From contig OZ241826.1 of the NCBI GenBank assembly GCA_965202585.1, positions 27,280,001-27,344,000 on the forward strand: a DNA stretch of 64,000 bases, written 5' to 3'. The notes under the pieces were generated by a model. It ran no database searches. It was not told the origin of the DNA and was given only the letters and a program-made list of their open reading frames with translations. Of this stretch, positions 36,066 to 47,950 are shown piece after piece. A program made the position numbers and the translations under genes. Source of the stretch: Thalia democratica (Eukaryota). Position 1 is the stretch's first letter, and each line of letters opens with the position of its first letter.

Positions 36066-37781
36066 ATGTACTCAAACGAAGAATGTTTAGATAAGACAAT
36101 CTCGCAGTTTCCTGGTCCTCAGAACTATTTGCGCCGTCTGTGCGAAAAAGAAAAGCAAATGACAAATTTTAAAATCGAAGAAATGGTTAAATATTTTAAA
36201 ACGGAAAAAGAAGAATTGGTGGAAGCAGCTGTCGATTTGTTTGAATGCGGATCTTCGGCTTTAAAAAAAGCTCTTTCAAAGGATTCCAAGCACGAGCTTC
36301 AACTGTTAGAAAGCGACGATCCGGATTACGATCTGTTGAAAGCATCTCTCGGTTTGAGTCAATTGAAAAAGTACTCAAATGAAAACGTCGCTCTTAGGAT
36401 TTACAGGGTCAAATCAAATGTTGAACGTTGCGGATGTCCGAGCTTGCTGCTTCTGCATGGCACCAAAGGGAACAACGTCGAGGGAATCTTGAGAGAAGGA
36501 CTGAGGCCTTCGTCGTCCGGCAAACATGGCCCCGGCATTTATTTGACAAACAGCTTTAAAATTGCTCACAATTACGGTCAAAACTACGTGGAAGACGATG
36601 GGATCGTAAAAGATTTGACGTACTTGTTTGTTAGCAAAGTGAAAGAGACGCTTGAAAGTTCAAGTTGTCTTTGTGGAGAGTGTAAAGAAGATCAGTATAT
36701 TACTCACAAATCGTTATTCGGTAAGAAGACAACTTCAACTAAGTTTATAAACTCGTCGTTTCTCAATCTTGACTCCAGTTTGAGTTACGAGCCCGTTTTA
36801 AAAGTTTTTGATGGAAATTTGCATTCCAACAAACAAGTTCAATTGGAAGACTTTCAAGCCCGAGAGTTTGACAACGACGGAAGCAGAATTCTTTCGGGCA
36901 CTTTTCAAGTAAGTGAAGTCGATAAAAAAATATTTGTGGCTCACCACGATCTAGTAACTCTCGAATACTTTATAGAAATCGAAGTAAAACAAAGTGTACG
37001 CAAGCTTGCGAAACATATTTTGTACGACGAACTCTGCCAGTTCAAGTTTTCAATAGACCCGCAAATTTCAGATCTGCCAAAAGACACGTTGATCGAAAAC
37101 AGTCATGTCAGTTCTGAAGACTGCTCCATGAACACTTTTGTTGCTGAGCTCGAAAAAGAAATAAGCGCCAATAAGCAGGCAGAAGTTGAATATGCAAAGC
37201 ATCAGTTTGAACGCAAAGTGAACTCTTTCATGCAGCAACTGTTGTTTGAAACGAGCAGCATATCGGAAACCAACGGTTGCGCCAAGTACAAAGCGGAGCT
37301 GCTTCAATTTTTAGATCCAGATTACCAGTTTGTGCTCGGGTCGATTACCGGAATGAGCCCGAACGCGGCAATCCAGAAAATTTTCAGGATCAACCCAGTC
37401 GACGAAAGCAAAAAGATGCACGGAGGCTTGCTCTACCTGCGGGGAGTCAAATCCCACGACGTGCCAAAAGTTCTGGCAAGAGGCTACCAGGCAAGCGACG
37501 AGGATGTGTTCGAACAATGCGAATGTGGACCCAGCTGCTATTCTAGCTACGCATCCGACGTCTTGAAATGTGAACTTTTACTTGGGTTAAGCCACTGCGT
37601 CACGAACGGACAGGTCGAAAAGCTGTCGTTTGTCTTAGTGGTTAGGGATGGAAAACGCGCAGACAATGTAGCTTTTCTCAACTCTGACACTAGAGGGTGC
37701 TGTTTTAAAACCGGGTTGCAAATAATACATCAGCCGATTGGCCTTATTCCGGCTTATTTAGTTGTTTTTAGCGTTCAATAG
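36066..37781 (+). CDS. 571-aa protein with two tandem PARP-like (ARTD) domains; domain 1 has an H-Y-I type triad, domain 2 is degenerate
   Basis: Domain 1: LLLLHGTK...GILREGL...GPGIYLT..FKIAHNYG...KKIFVAHHDLVTLEYFI. Domain 2 repeats the pattern: LLYLRGVK...VLARGY...SYASD...LSFVLV...LIPAYLVVF. Uninterrupted, clearly more GC-rich than flanks. Confidence 0.85.
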   Translation: MYSNEECLDKTISQFPGPQNYLRRLCEKEKQMTNFKIEEMVKYFKTEKEELVEAAVDLFECGSSALKKALSKDSKHELQLLESDDPDYDLLKASLGLSQLKKYSNENVALRIYRVKSNVERCGCPSLLLLHGTKGNNVEGILREGLRPSSSGKHGPGIYLTNSFKIAHNYGQNYVEDDGIVKDLTYLFVSKVKETLESSSCLCGECKEDQYITHKSLFGKKTTSTKFINSSFLNLDSSLSYEPVLKVFDGNLHSNKQVQLEDFQAREFDNDGSRILSGTFQVSEVDKKIFVAHHDLVTLEYFIEIEVKQSVRKLAKHILYDELCQFKFSIDPQISDLPKDTLIENSHVSSEDCSMNTFVAELEKEISANKQAEVEYAKHQFERKVNSFMQQLLFETSSISETNGCAKYKAELLQFLDPDYQFVLGSITGMSPNAAIQKIFRINPVDESKKMHGGLLYLRGVKSHDVPKVLARGYQASDEDVFEQCECGPSCYSSYASDVLKCELLLGLSHCVTNGQVEKLSFVLVVRDGKRADNVAFLNSDTRGCCFKTGLQIIHQPIGLIPAYLVVFSVQ

Positions 37782-38572
37782 ACTTTCTATAAATTATCTT
37801 AACACAATTAAAACGACAGCAATTTTCGTTTAAACATTTAAAAGTAACTGTTGTTTTAAGTATTTAGAAAGTTCTATACGTTATTTTTATACAGTTTTAT
37901 TTTTTAATAAACAGTAATTTAAAATAGTAACTAACATGATATTTTCTTAAATTCTCAGGTTTGTTTGAAAAATATGAAAGTACATTTACTTCCTAACTAA
38001 AAAATTTTCGATAGTTTTTACAGGTTTATCATTTAACCAATCAGCTAACTTGATTGATTATAGCTATGGTAGATTTGTAACAAAAAAACTTTACTGTTGT
38101 CTTTCTATTTTAGACACGATTAACTAAAACATTGGCTAAAGACTTGAGAGCCTAAGCCTGGACTTGTTTATGCCATAAGACAAGCTGAAGTTTTTCAATA
38201 AGGAAATTATAACTGACAAGTTGGCCATGTCTCATAATTTTTATTAAATAACACCCGTGATAAATTTTAACCTCGCTTTGAGGTTGTATTACTTTCGAAA
38301 TAGTAAAACACCTCTTTTAGTTTAACTTTGTTAGTAAATGTTTATACATATTTGCGATGTGTTAAAACTGTTAATTAAATAAAATTTTGTAATATTTTTT
38401 AACAGTTAAAAACAAACAATATCTAGTTCTTCCTTTTTCAACAATATTATTGTTTATTGAACGACAAAAAACGCTTATAAAGTTTGGTCCGATGATCTGA
38501 TGCATAAAAATCCTTTCAATTATCGAGTTATACACCAAAACTTCATGTCCAGGACAGACTATTAAACGTTTT

Positions 38573-39560
38573 CAGGGTCATTTCAAGCGAAATTGCGTTG
38601 CACGTAAGACTAATATTGTCAACATTTAAAAAATACTAAGTCATTTTGCATATTTGACTTCTTACTAAAGACTAAAGCTAATGTATTTTTTATGCTTCTA
38701 CATGGTACTTAAACACTGCTAGTTTTTTATTACTTATATTGCTTTTTTTGCATTTATAACTTTGCATTATTGTCAATATATTTCCAAAAAAAAACTACGA
38801 AGTGTTATTCTTCCACGATCATAATATTTTCAAACATGGTTAAAATTACTGCAGAAAAAATTAATTATTGTATGTTTTTTCATTAGGACACGGTTAAATA
38901 CAATTACTAAATTATAACGTAAACTAAGTAGCAAAATGTATAACAAAACTGTTATGTCTAATTAAAAAATCAAATAAAAGATATATCAGGCTAGGTTTTG
39001 ATTTAAATTGTATAACATTTTTATTAAGAATTAAAAAATGTTTATGATACTTATAAATAGTAAAAAAAATACAAACATTTTCCCCTTTCAAAAACTAATG
39101 TTTTTAGGGTCATTTCAAGCGAAATTGCGTAGCACGTAAGACTAGTATTGTCAGCTTTTTAAAAGTACCTATATCATTTAGCATTTATGCCATTTAATTA
39201 AAGACTAAAGCTAATTTATTTTTTATTTTTGTGCATGGTATCTACACAGTGCTAATCTGTTATTAATTTAAGTGCATGTTTTTTCTGGCAGTAATAGCTG
39301 TTTTGGTATTTGTTTTTATAACACAAATAAATATTTAAAGTTTTATTCGTCCACGGTCATATTTTTTTTTACTTTTGTTAAAATTACTGTAGAAAATGTT
39401 GACTATAATTTGTTTATATTTGGAAAGGTTTAAATACAATTGATAAATTACAACGCAAATTAAGTAAGAGAATGTTAAAAAACTGTGATATTTAGCGTAA
39501 TAATGTATGCATATAATAATTGCAAGTTTAACAAAATAAAAAAATTAACAAATTTAATTT
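38573..39560. repeat. ~532-bp diverged tandem duplication downstream of the ART gene
   Basis: AGGGTCATTTCAAGCGAAATTGCGT.GCACGTAAGACTA.TATTGTCA at 38574 and 39106; only one copy in arm B (~53700-53790). Confidence 0.8.
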
Positions 39561-40705
39561 GTCTGAAAACTTCAGGTTTCAAGCTTGAAAATATAAACTT
39601 TTTTAAATATAAAGTCTCTAAATTAAAACAAACGCGTCATTTCATATTATTTTTTAATTAGTTACGTTGTATTTTTTAAACCCATGCGAGTTTTTAATTA
39701 AGGGTTGAAAAATAGCTGAAACATTATTTAAGTTGTTCTAAGTAATCTCTCAACTACTAAAATATTTTAGACTAAACATACTAAAGTTAAAAATGTTGCA
39801 CAAAAGAGGAAAGTAAACAAAAGTGCTTTAAAGCAATAAAGCAATTTCTGGTTGTATTGTACAATGGTAAACGTTTCTAGGTGGTGTATGGGTTATAATG
39901 ACTTGATTTATGTTGTTGAACGTTGAAAAATAAAAACTCGCTAATCAACACATATGCAAAACAAAATCGTTTTTTTTCTTCATTTTTTTTATAAAATTGG
40001 TTCTGCTTAGTAATACAATTTTTAACATGGATACAATAATTTTCATAGAAGAGACGTTTTTAGTTACATACAAGTTTGAATTGGTTGGTATTATAACAAT
40101 TAACAAGTTAAGATCGCAAACTGACATTACATCGTTACTTTGGGTTTAAAAATGTTTTATCATTAAATTTTGTCGCTTCAACACTTTCTTAGTTGTTTTT
40201 TATATAAATAGTTATTGAGTAATAAGTTGACCTGAGCTAATTAAAACAAAAGCCTTGTTTCTTTATAATGCCAAGAAATTTATATAATATTCATAAGCTT
40301 TTAAACTTATTTTGAAAGACATTACTTAAATGGTACAATGAAAAGACTCAAACTGTACTTTAGTGATCTATTTAATTTAATTAAGTAAATATTATCATTA
40401 TACTTAAACGACAAATTTTATTTTATCATTATAAATTTCGAAATGATATCTAAACTAAAGTAAATGTGCTAAGTGTTAATTTTAAAGGACAAGTAGAAAA
40501 AACAATTGCAGAAGTTTATAAAAATCAATTATCTAAAGTTGTTTTACTTAATATTTTTATAAAGATTTAAAACAATATACAGATAATATATTGTTTTTAA
40601 ACAAATATTTTGACCTTAAGGATTTTAATTTGTAGAAGTAATTTTTATTTTTTTAAACAAATTACTAGTATTAAAAAAAAGATAATTTTAACTTGATTTT
40701 ATTTA

Positions 40706-40825
40706 ATTCCATACTCTAAAGTAGTCACCAAACAATGCCAGCGTAGGCCTCGCTTGCTAGGTAAAGTCCCAAAGATGAATGATGAGCGCATTACTCGCTC
40801 AGTAGTTTTTCTGTACAACGAGGTG
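40706..40825 (+). pseudogene. RTE-like LINE reverse transcriptase C-terminal remnant
   Basis: Reads IPYSKVVTKQCQRRPRLLGKVPKMNDERITRSVVFLYNEV, resembling the RRLRWLGHV.RM.D.RIPK..LY.EL motif. Confidence 0.5.
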
Positions 40826-42439
40826 GTAGCAAACATATATAAAATAAACCAAAACTACGTCACAATGACGTTAACGGGCGTAAACTAGTGCTCGTTTTAT
40901 TGTATAATGATAAAGAGTTAAGTGCATTGTAAAAGGTGATAATTATTATTGAACAAAAATGACAAAGAATTTTAAACTAAGTTTTTCTTTTATCTATAAT
41001 GTATTTAATAGAAAAACTTTACGAGTTTGTTCGAGTTAACAGAAAATAAAACTCGTAATGTATATTTTGCTAAAAAAATATGAAAACACTTAAAATAGCA
41101 GTGTTGTTCATTAAAGCTTAACATTAAACTTTGTCTTTAAATCAGCGCAACACTTTAATCAGTTTACCTTAAAACTGTTTTTATAATATTTACATAATTT
41201 GCTTAGCTGTTGCTTTTAACTCTATTAGATGCAACTGACTTACTAGAAAGCCTTCTGCTACAGAATGTTTTATTCATACGATAATTCTGATTAGAGCTTC
41301 TAAATAGTTTCAACTTGTGAATCATTAAAAACATTAAATAATACCAATAAACTTTATAATTTTTTTAAATAGTTTCATACGTTGTCACTCTTTGAAATTA
41401 TTATTTCAGCCAGACACATTAAACTTATGAAGAAAATGACAAAAATTATAGAAAAATTTTCATCAAGCATTTCAAGTGAAAAATTCTAATAAACCAGGGA
41501 CGACGTGTGGGAGAGAACATTGAAGCAGTAATAATGAAAAAATCAGTATTAAGTGTATCAGTTTTATCCTTAAAGCTTTTAGTTTCCCTGCTAAAGTTGT
41601 TTCTCTTAAGTATAAATATTTAGTGGTCGAAAACCATGGGATACAGAAACTATTCCTTTTTTTTTGAAATAACTTTATACTACCATTAAGCAGATTATCA
41701 ATTACAAAGATATAAAGAAATCTAAGGTTCTTTTATACATAAATCTACAATTGATATGAGTTGGTAATAAAAAAAAAATTACAAGCAATTTTGTTCGTTT
41801 CAGATAGTTAAAATAAATTGATTAATTTAAAAGTTTTAAAGATTTTTTTCAAAAATTTATAGTACCTCTAAAATTATAAACATGTAGACCAAATTTATAT
41901 CACAAAATAACCATATACAACAAAGCAAACACAGCAAGTTGAACAACAAAAAAAAAAAGAAATTTCAAAAACGATAATAACTTTTTAGAAAAATAAATTA
42001 AACATCAAAAGGATGATTTGAAATGGGGGCATAGGGGTGCGAGCTCGTTTCTTAAAATTAACTATTTTTCTTTCGTTATATTTGGTAATTGCTGTTCTCA
42101 AAAACTGTAATGACGCCTATTTCTGATTTTTTGAGGATCGCATTGTGCATAGTAGTCCGTGAGATATTGCTGCAGTAAAGATTATTTTTCATTATATATG
42201 CAAAGTTTTTTGGGTAAATAAGTTACACTTGAAAATACGTTTTTACTCGTTTTATATCGTCTTTAGAACCACCTCATTGTGCTTATCAGTTGTGTTTTTA
42301 TAGAAAATCTTATTGTAGCTTTAAACATTATTATCATTAAAAGGGCGTTGCGTGTTATTTTTGCAGCTGTAGTTTATCTTGGTTTACTTTACTAGCGACT
42401 TCCAACCATTGAATGAATTCAAACGTATTACACAGCCCA

Positions 42440-42600
42440 GAAACAACATATTCAGAGACCAAAAAAACTTCCAACCCCTATACTGCAATTCTGTCAAAAC
42501 CAAAGTCGGTAAAGAATTCTTCTAGCTTGTTAATAAATATTTATCAAAAGGCTTTAAGCTACATTAGACATTCCGCATAAAAAATATCAAAATAATTATA
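42440..42600 (+). pseudogene. Penelope-like retroelement fragment 1
   Basis: FQPLYCNSVKTKVGKEFF*LVNKYLSKGFKLH*TF resembles the PLE motif WFNPPYS..VKTNVGK.FL.L..KHF...KLHKIF. Confidence 0.65.
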
Positions 42601-43260
42601 GAAATATCTCGGACGGCTCTTGGCTATAAATGATATTTAATAAAAAAGCTATCAAAGTCTTTTAAAGGTCTCATGCTAATGTTAAAAGAACTATCCGAAC
42701 GCAAAAATAAAGCTAGGGTAACCCTTGTTCAGCTGCTAAACTCTGCAGCTGCAAAGATTTTTGGCTTGAAAGTTAGAAGACAAAGTAAAAAATGTTATTC
42801 AATTAATAACTAAGGTGATGTTTTCAAAGAACTTTTACCTGGTAGATTTTAACAATCTTTAAAACTCACAAAAAAATTAAAACATTAAACAGAAAAATTT
42901 ACATAGGTGTTGAACATTTTTACATTTTTTTATTATTGAACCACAATTTACTTCAGTAGTAATGTTTATACCAGTTAAATAACTACTAATGAAAAAATCC
43001 TATATTACCTATAAAGCTACTTAAAGTAAAACTATAAAAAATTGTTTAAATATAACAAAATATTACCGATTATTAAACAAGTATTACAATAAAATTTGAT
43101 GATAGCTGCAAAAATAAAAAAATAAAAAAACATCTAAATCATTTTTATTGATATTTGTTTAAAATGTGGAACTATATACAGAATTTCATGTACAAGTATT
43201 GATAACATTAGTATATATAGTATAGGTAGAAAAATATAAAGAATAAAAAAGCAAGTACTA

Positions 43261-43660
43261 TACTACAACCCCCGAATTAGCTCAACATTAAAAACCAAAT
43301 TAGGAAAGAATTTCTAAAGTTAGTAGAATAAAACTTCTTTTAAAACGGACCTCTCATTAAAATCCTTAACAGAAACACAATCAAAATAAGTTACTCATGT
43401 ATGCCCAACGTAGAATCCGAAACTAACAAATCAAATTTTAAAGTTTTAGAGGAAAGTAAAACCAAGGAGCAAAATGAAAGAATTTAGATTGCATAATAAA
43501 AACTTCATGCCCAGTGGAAGGCAAATGCCTTTCCATAAGTGTTATGTACAAAGCTACGGTCAAAAATTTTAAATAAGATACAATAAGCATGTGCAAAGCT
43601 TAAAAAATAAAAATCTGAGAGAATTGACGAAACTGAGCTCTTTCATTTAGGCCGCCAAGT
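43261..43660 (+). pseudogene. Penelope-like retroelement fragment 2 (RT thumb, linker, GIY-YIG start)
   Basis: YYNPRISSTLKTKLGK/EFLKLVE*NF..NGPLIKILNRNTIKISYSCMPNV, then CPVEGKCLSISVMYKATV; stops and frameshifts present. Confidence 0.75.
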
Positions 43661-46600
43661 CCATCAAAGAGATGATCAAGAAAAACATCAAATGAAAAAT
43701 AATGCTAAAAATTAATTAACGCAAACCGAGTAAAATTTTCTCTCTTTGCAATGTAGAAAGACTGGAAACAGCATTTGCTGAAATAAAATAATCCCTTAAC
43801 TCCAGAACTGAGTAGAGGGATTTTCAGAGTACTCGCTTATCAGAGTACTCTTTTAAAAAAGTCAAAATCAAATTGGTTTGTTTTAAATACTAAGACTGTA
43901 GTCTACATTTTGTAAAATTAAATTCACATTCAAAAAGATAAGATATATGTTTTTGTATAAGTTTTATTAATTCATTTTAGTAGTTTTAATATTGCAGCTA
44001 AAAAATAACTAATCAACTTTTTAAACAACAAAGTAGCATCTTTTTGTGTTGTTACTACTTCATAACTAGATCATGATTCGGCAGTCTTTTTTAAGTGAAG
44101 GGCCAATATTTTCTCAGACAAGTTGACATGGGCTGTACTGTGGAGAAAACTTCGGCGGGGTGCAGTGAATTCATATAGTTGTAGTAATGACAACAATATG
44201 AATTATAATATGAAGTAGACAAAAATGCGACAATAATTGATAATTAACAAATAAAAAACTTATTTATAATTTTATACTACAAATGGAACTAATTGCTTTA
44301 AAAAAGTATTTTTGTAATGAAAAGTACATAGTGGGTCTTTAAAAATTTTTTTGTATATATATATATATATATATAAATATCGATTAGCGAGTTTTTATCT
44401 TACGTCATTCAATAGTTTCACTGAAGCTGTTAAAAATCATACGCCAACTAAAAACTTATTTTAATTCACAACACAATAAAAAACTACAAAAATTCTTTAT
44501 CTGTATGAAATACTACATTAATACTGGCTTCATTTGTTTACTTTCGTCTATTGATTATTGTTTTAACTTTTAAAGTCAAAAAATTTTACTAAAATTCTAA
44601 AAATAGTCTAAGACTTATTGAACCCTGATGTAAAATGTAGCAAACAGAATCAATCACAAAAAACTTAACTTTGCAAAATCAGAGTTTTGAATAATGAAAA
44701 GTCAGTTAGAAGGTAAGTTAAAAACAACTTATAAGTTTCAACTATTTGTCAATATTTGATCAACAATTTGGATTATCTTGAAAATTCCTAAAAGAATTTA
44801 TTAAACTATTTTCGTTGTTTCTTAAAATAATTTAAGCTAAATAACAGTTTAAATTTACCACTAAACGTATTAAAACTATAATTAAAGATTTAATTTATAA
44901 AGTAGTAAGGTTGAAGTATAACTTAAATTTCTATATCAGCCTTATCTTAAACATAATAATTGTTTATATAAAATATAAAATATTTATTGTTGTATAAGAA
45001 ACTATAAAAAAAGTACCTTGGTACATTTCTAAGAATTCTTTTAAAATCAGGTAATTTTAGTTAAATGATGATACTCAGATACTCAGGGCGTCATGAGCAG
45101 TAGAGGAGCCACCAGGGGGGCCATGAGGTCATAGTGTGAAGATTAAATAAGGTAATCTGAAGTTGCCTTTAAAGAGCAAATAAAAAGGTCTTGGATGTTT
45201 ACTATGGTATTTTTTGAGTGATCATGGTACAAAGTTGCAATAGCTTTTTTAATTTCTATAAAGGGGGCCATTTGAAAAAAAAGTTTGGTAAACCTTTGTG
45301 TCTACACAAGGAACCCATGTAAAATATCATTAGTGTTTTTTTTCAATATAAATAAAACACGTTGACACAAAATAAAACTAAATAAAGTTAATAACTTAAA
45401 GTTCAACTAGATTGAAATATAATGACAATAGTAAGGAGAAAAGCGGTGAGTTCTTATCAGTTTTTATATCATAAACTACAAAACATACAATTTATATTTC
45501 TTCTGTTAATTATTTCAAAATCTTTTATTTGTAAAGTAAATATTTCTTTGTCATTTTTTAAGATAACAGGTAGGCCAGTTTTTAATTCAAAAAAAGCTGT
45601 ATTAGGCCAACTTTGCTTTTTTTTATCGTAATAAGTATTGTTTTACATTTGACAAAATAAACAAAAATTAGATTTTTAACAAAATTAGTAATAAAATAAC
45701 AGGAATTTAAATTAAATCATTGAAATCTCTTTCAAAGTCTAGCAAAATTTCCCTAGGACTATCAAAAATCTCAAAGCATTTCCTGTTTTCTTAAAATTAA
45801 ACTGGCCTGGAACATTTTGAGATTTTCGTAGGTTCTATAAGTAAAAAGATTTTGTTTCTTATTTAATAAAACAGGGTTGCCAGCCACTCTTCAAGTCAAA
45901 CTGTATTTTTCCAATTTTTTTTTATTATTAATGCTTAAAAATATTTTTTTTAGTTTAAAAAAAATCATTAAAAGCTAGGTTCTTTGACAAAATTAGTTGT
46001 AAAACAACAAAGCATTGAAATTAAATTATTTAAATTTTATTCAAAATCTAAGAAAAACTGCTTGAGATTATAAAAATCTTAAAAAAATCCCCAGGTTATT
46101 TCAAACTAAATTAGCCTGGTTTATCCTGAGATTAAATACATAAGATTTGAAATAGTCTGAGTATTCTTCAACATATTGATTAAAAAATAACAATGTATTT
46201 AAATTGAATCATTAAATCCTATTCAAAATTTAACAAAAATTCCCTGAGATTATCAGAATTCCGAAAACGTACCCGGGTTCTTTTTTTTAGTTTTTTCTAC
46301 TACTTAATTTAATTATTTTATATACAAAAATGATTAAAGTTCCATGTTTTTTTCAGAAGTTTTCAGATTTCACCGAGCATTCTTACTTTTCCATTTAACA
46401 ACAGATCTGCAAAATTTAAACTGTTTTTAGAAAATGTTGTATGTGCTAGAGCCTTATACCTTATTTATCAAGTCTACAAAATACAGTATGGGCTCATTTG
46501 ATTTTGTATAATTCAAAGAAATTCAAATTATAGTTGTATATACCGCTTGGAACATTTCTAAAATTTCAAGCTAGTTGTTTTAGAAAAAAAAATAATAATA

Positions 46601-46889
46601 ATTAAAGTAATTAAAAAAATATCTAAACAAAGTTTTCAATGAAATTATATATTTTGTAGTTATGAATTTTGTTTTATGAGCCATGATTTTAGACAAACTT
46701 CTTTACTGTGTGTACTAAGTAATATATAAATTTGAATTTTTTCGAACTGAACTTTCAATTTAGATCATTTGTATATCATAATGTGTTTAACTTTGTGTTT
46801 TCATTTAAATTATGTTTGTATATATATATAATTTATCTTAAAGTTTTGAATATAAGTTTATTTTCTTTTTCTTTTTTTGTGTGTCCTGT

Positions 46890-46958
46890 TTAAGTGGCTC
46901 AGGTTTTGATGCCTGAGTCCAACATTGCACAATAAACAATATAATAATAATAATAATA
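46890..46958 (+). mobile_element. Probable LINE/SINE 3' tail (hairpin, AATAAA, (TAA)n)
   Basis: Stem GGCTCAGG/CCTGAGTC (46896-46919), AATAAA 46931-46936, TAA repeats to ~46957; lies in a segment absent from the paralogous block ~11260-11400. Confidence 0.45.
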
Positions 46959-47442
46959 TTGAATAGTTATTACTAAAATAATAGAGATTTTTTATTCTTT
47001 TAAAAAATATATTTCAAGCTTACAAAAGGTCTATATTAAGAGCTAATGTTTACTATTGTAACAAAAATATTATTACCACATGCTGTTTTTCCTTAACTAT
47101 TTTCACATATTATATATATGTTAAATAATTAAAAAAAGGAGGATAAATAGGTTTGAGTACAATTTTTTCTTTCTAAACACATAAGCAGATAAAAATATCA
47201 TTTCCATTTGTTTGTCTGTAATGAACCTGCTGCGTTTACCTGCATTTCATATTTTGAAGATTTAATATGCAGTTTTCGTGAACAAAATGAGTTTACTTGG
47301 ATTTGTGTAATCAAGCACAATATTGAAGTAATCTTTCTAGTTACATTTTTTTCTTTGATTGTAGTTGAAAAGACTTTAAAACTGAGATTTATACCTATAT
47401 TGTTAACTTATAACTGCATAGAAATTTATTGTTGAATTTTTG

Positions 47443-47815
47443 ACGAGCATGAACTTAGCTTGAGAGCGTTTTTTAGGAATTTTATTAAAATGCCCAAACT
47501 TAAGATCCAATTACTTTCCTTAGCTTAATGACTAATTGAATTTTTGTTTCTAGAGAACGGTCCTTTGTCTTTAGTTAAATAAAATGTAATAATTTTGGAG
47601 AAAAGGTTGTATAAAAAAAAAAAAGTTTAAATGGACCCCACTTAAAAGGTCAAACCCAAATTCAATGGATTTTTTAAAGTTAAAGACAAAGGACTGTTCT
47701 CTAGAATAAAAAACAGTTTTTAATTATTTATTAAGACTAGGAAAATAGTTGGGTCTTAAGTTTGACATTTTTCTAAAACTCCTAAAAAACGCTCTCAAGC
47801 TAAGTTTACGCTCGT
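47443..47815. mobile_element. 373-bp Mutator-like MITE, diverged relative of the ACGAGC-ended family
   Basis: Ends ACGAGCAT...ACGCTCGT; ~150-bp imperfect TIRs; 9-bp TSD GAATTTTTG/GAATTTTTA. Confidence 0.8.
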
Positions 47816-47950
47816 GAATTTTTATGTTTTAAATTTTGAAACATAAAATTTTGTTAACAGATAATTTTTTTTCTAGTTTTTAAATAATATTTTAAATAAA
47901 ATATATAAAACAATATTAATAATTACTAAGTATTTGTGGTGTGTTTATAT

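Larger units (their letters stand above)
31350..40100 (+). repeat. Arm A of a large diverged inverted duplication (arm B ~52900-61500)
   Basis: Colinear reverse-complement anchors: 31500/61340, 32000-32400/60720-61180, 33160/59700, 33602/59270, ART ORFs, 38200/54100, 38573/53780, 39870/53025. Confidence 0.8.

Noticed and set aside
36066-37781. Horizontal origin of the ART gene suggested by high GC and lack of introns
   Set aside because: The RPLP2-derived copy, presumably from a host mRNA, is similarly GC-rich, so composition alone does not indicate foreign origin. Phylogeny is needed.
44090-44175. Minus-strand peptide PPKFSPQYSPCQLV*ENIG resembling the Tc1/IS630 PPYSPDLNPIE motif
   Set aside because: Too short and degenerate; no TIRs or other transposase motifs nearby.
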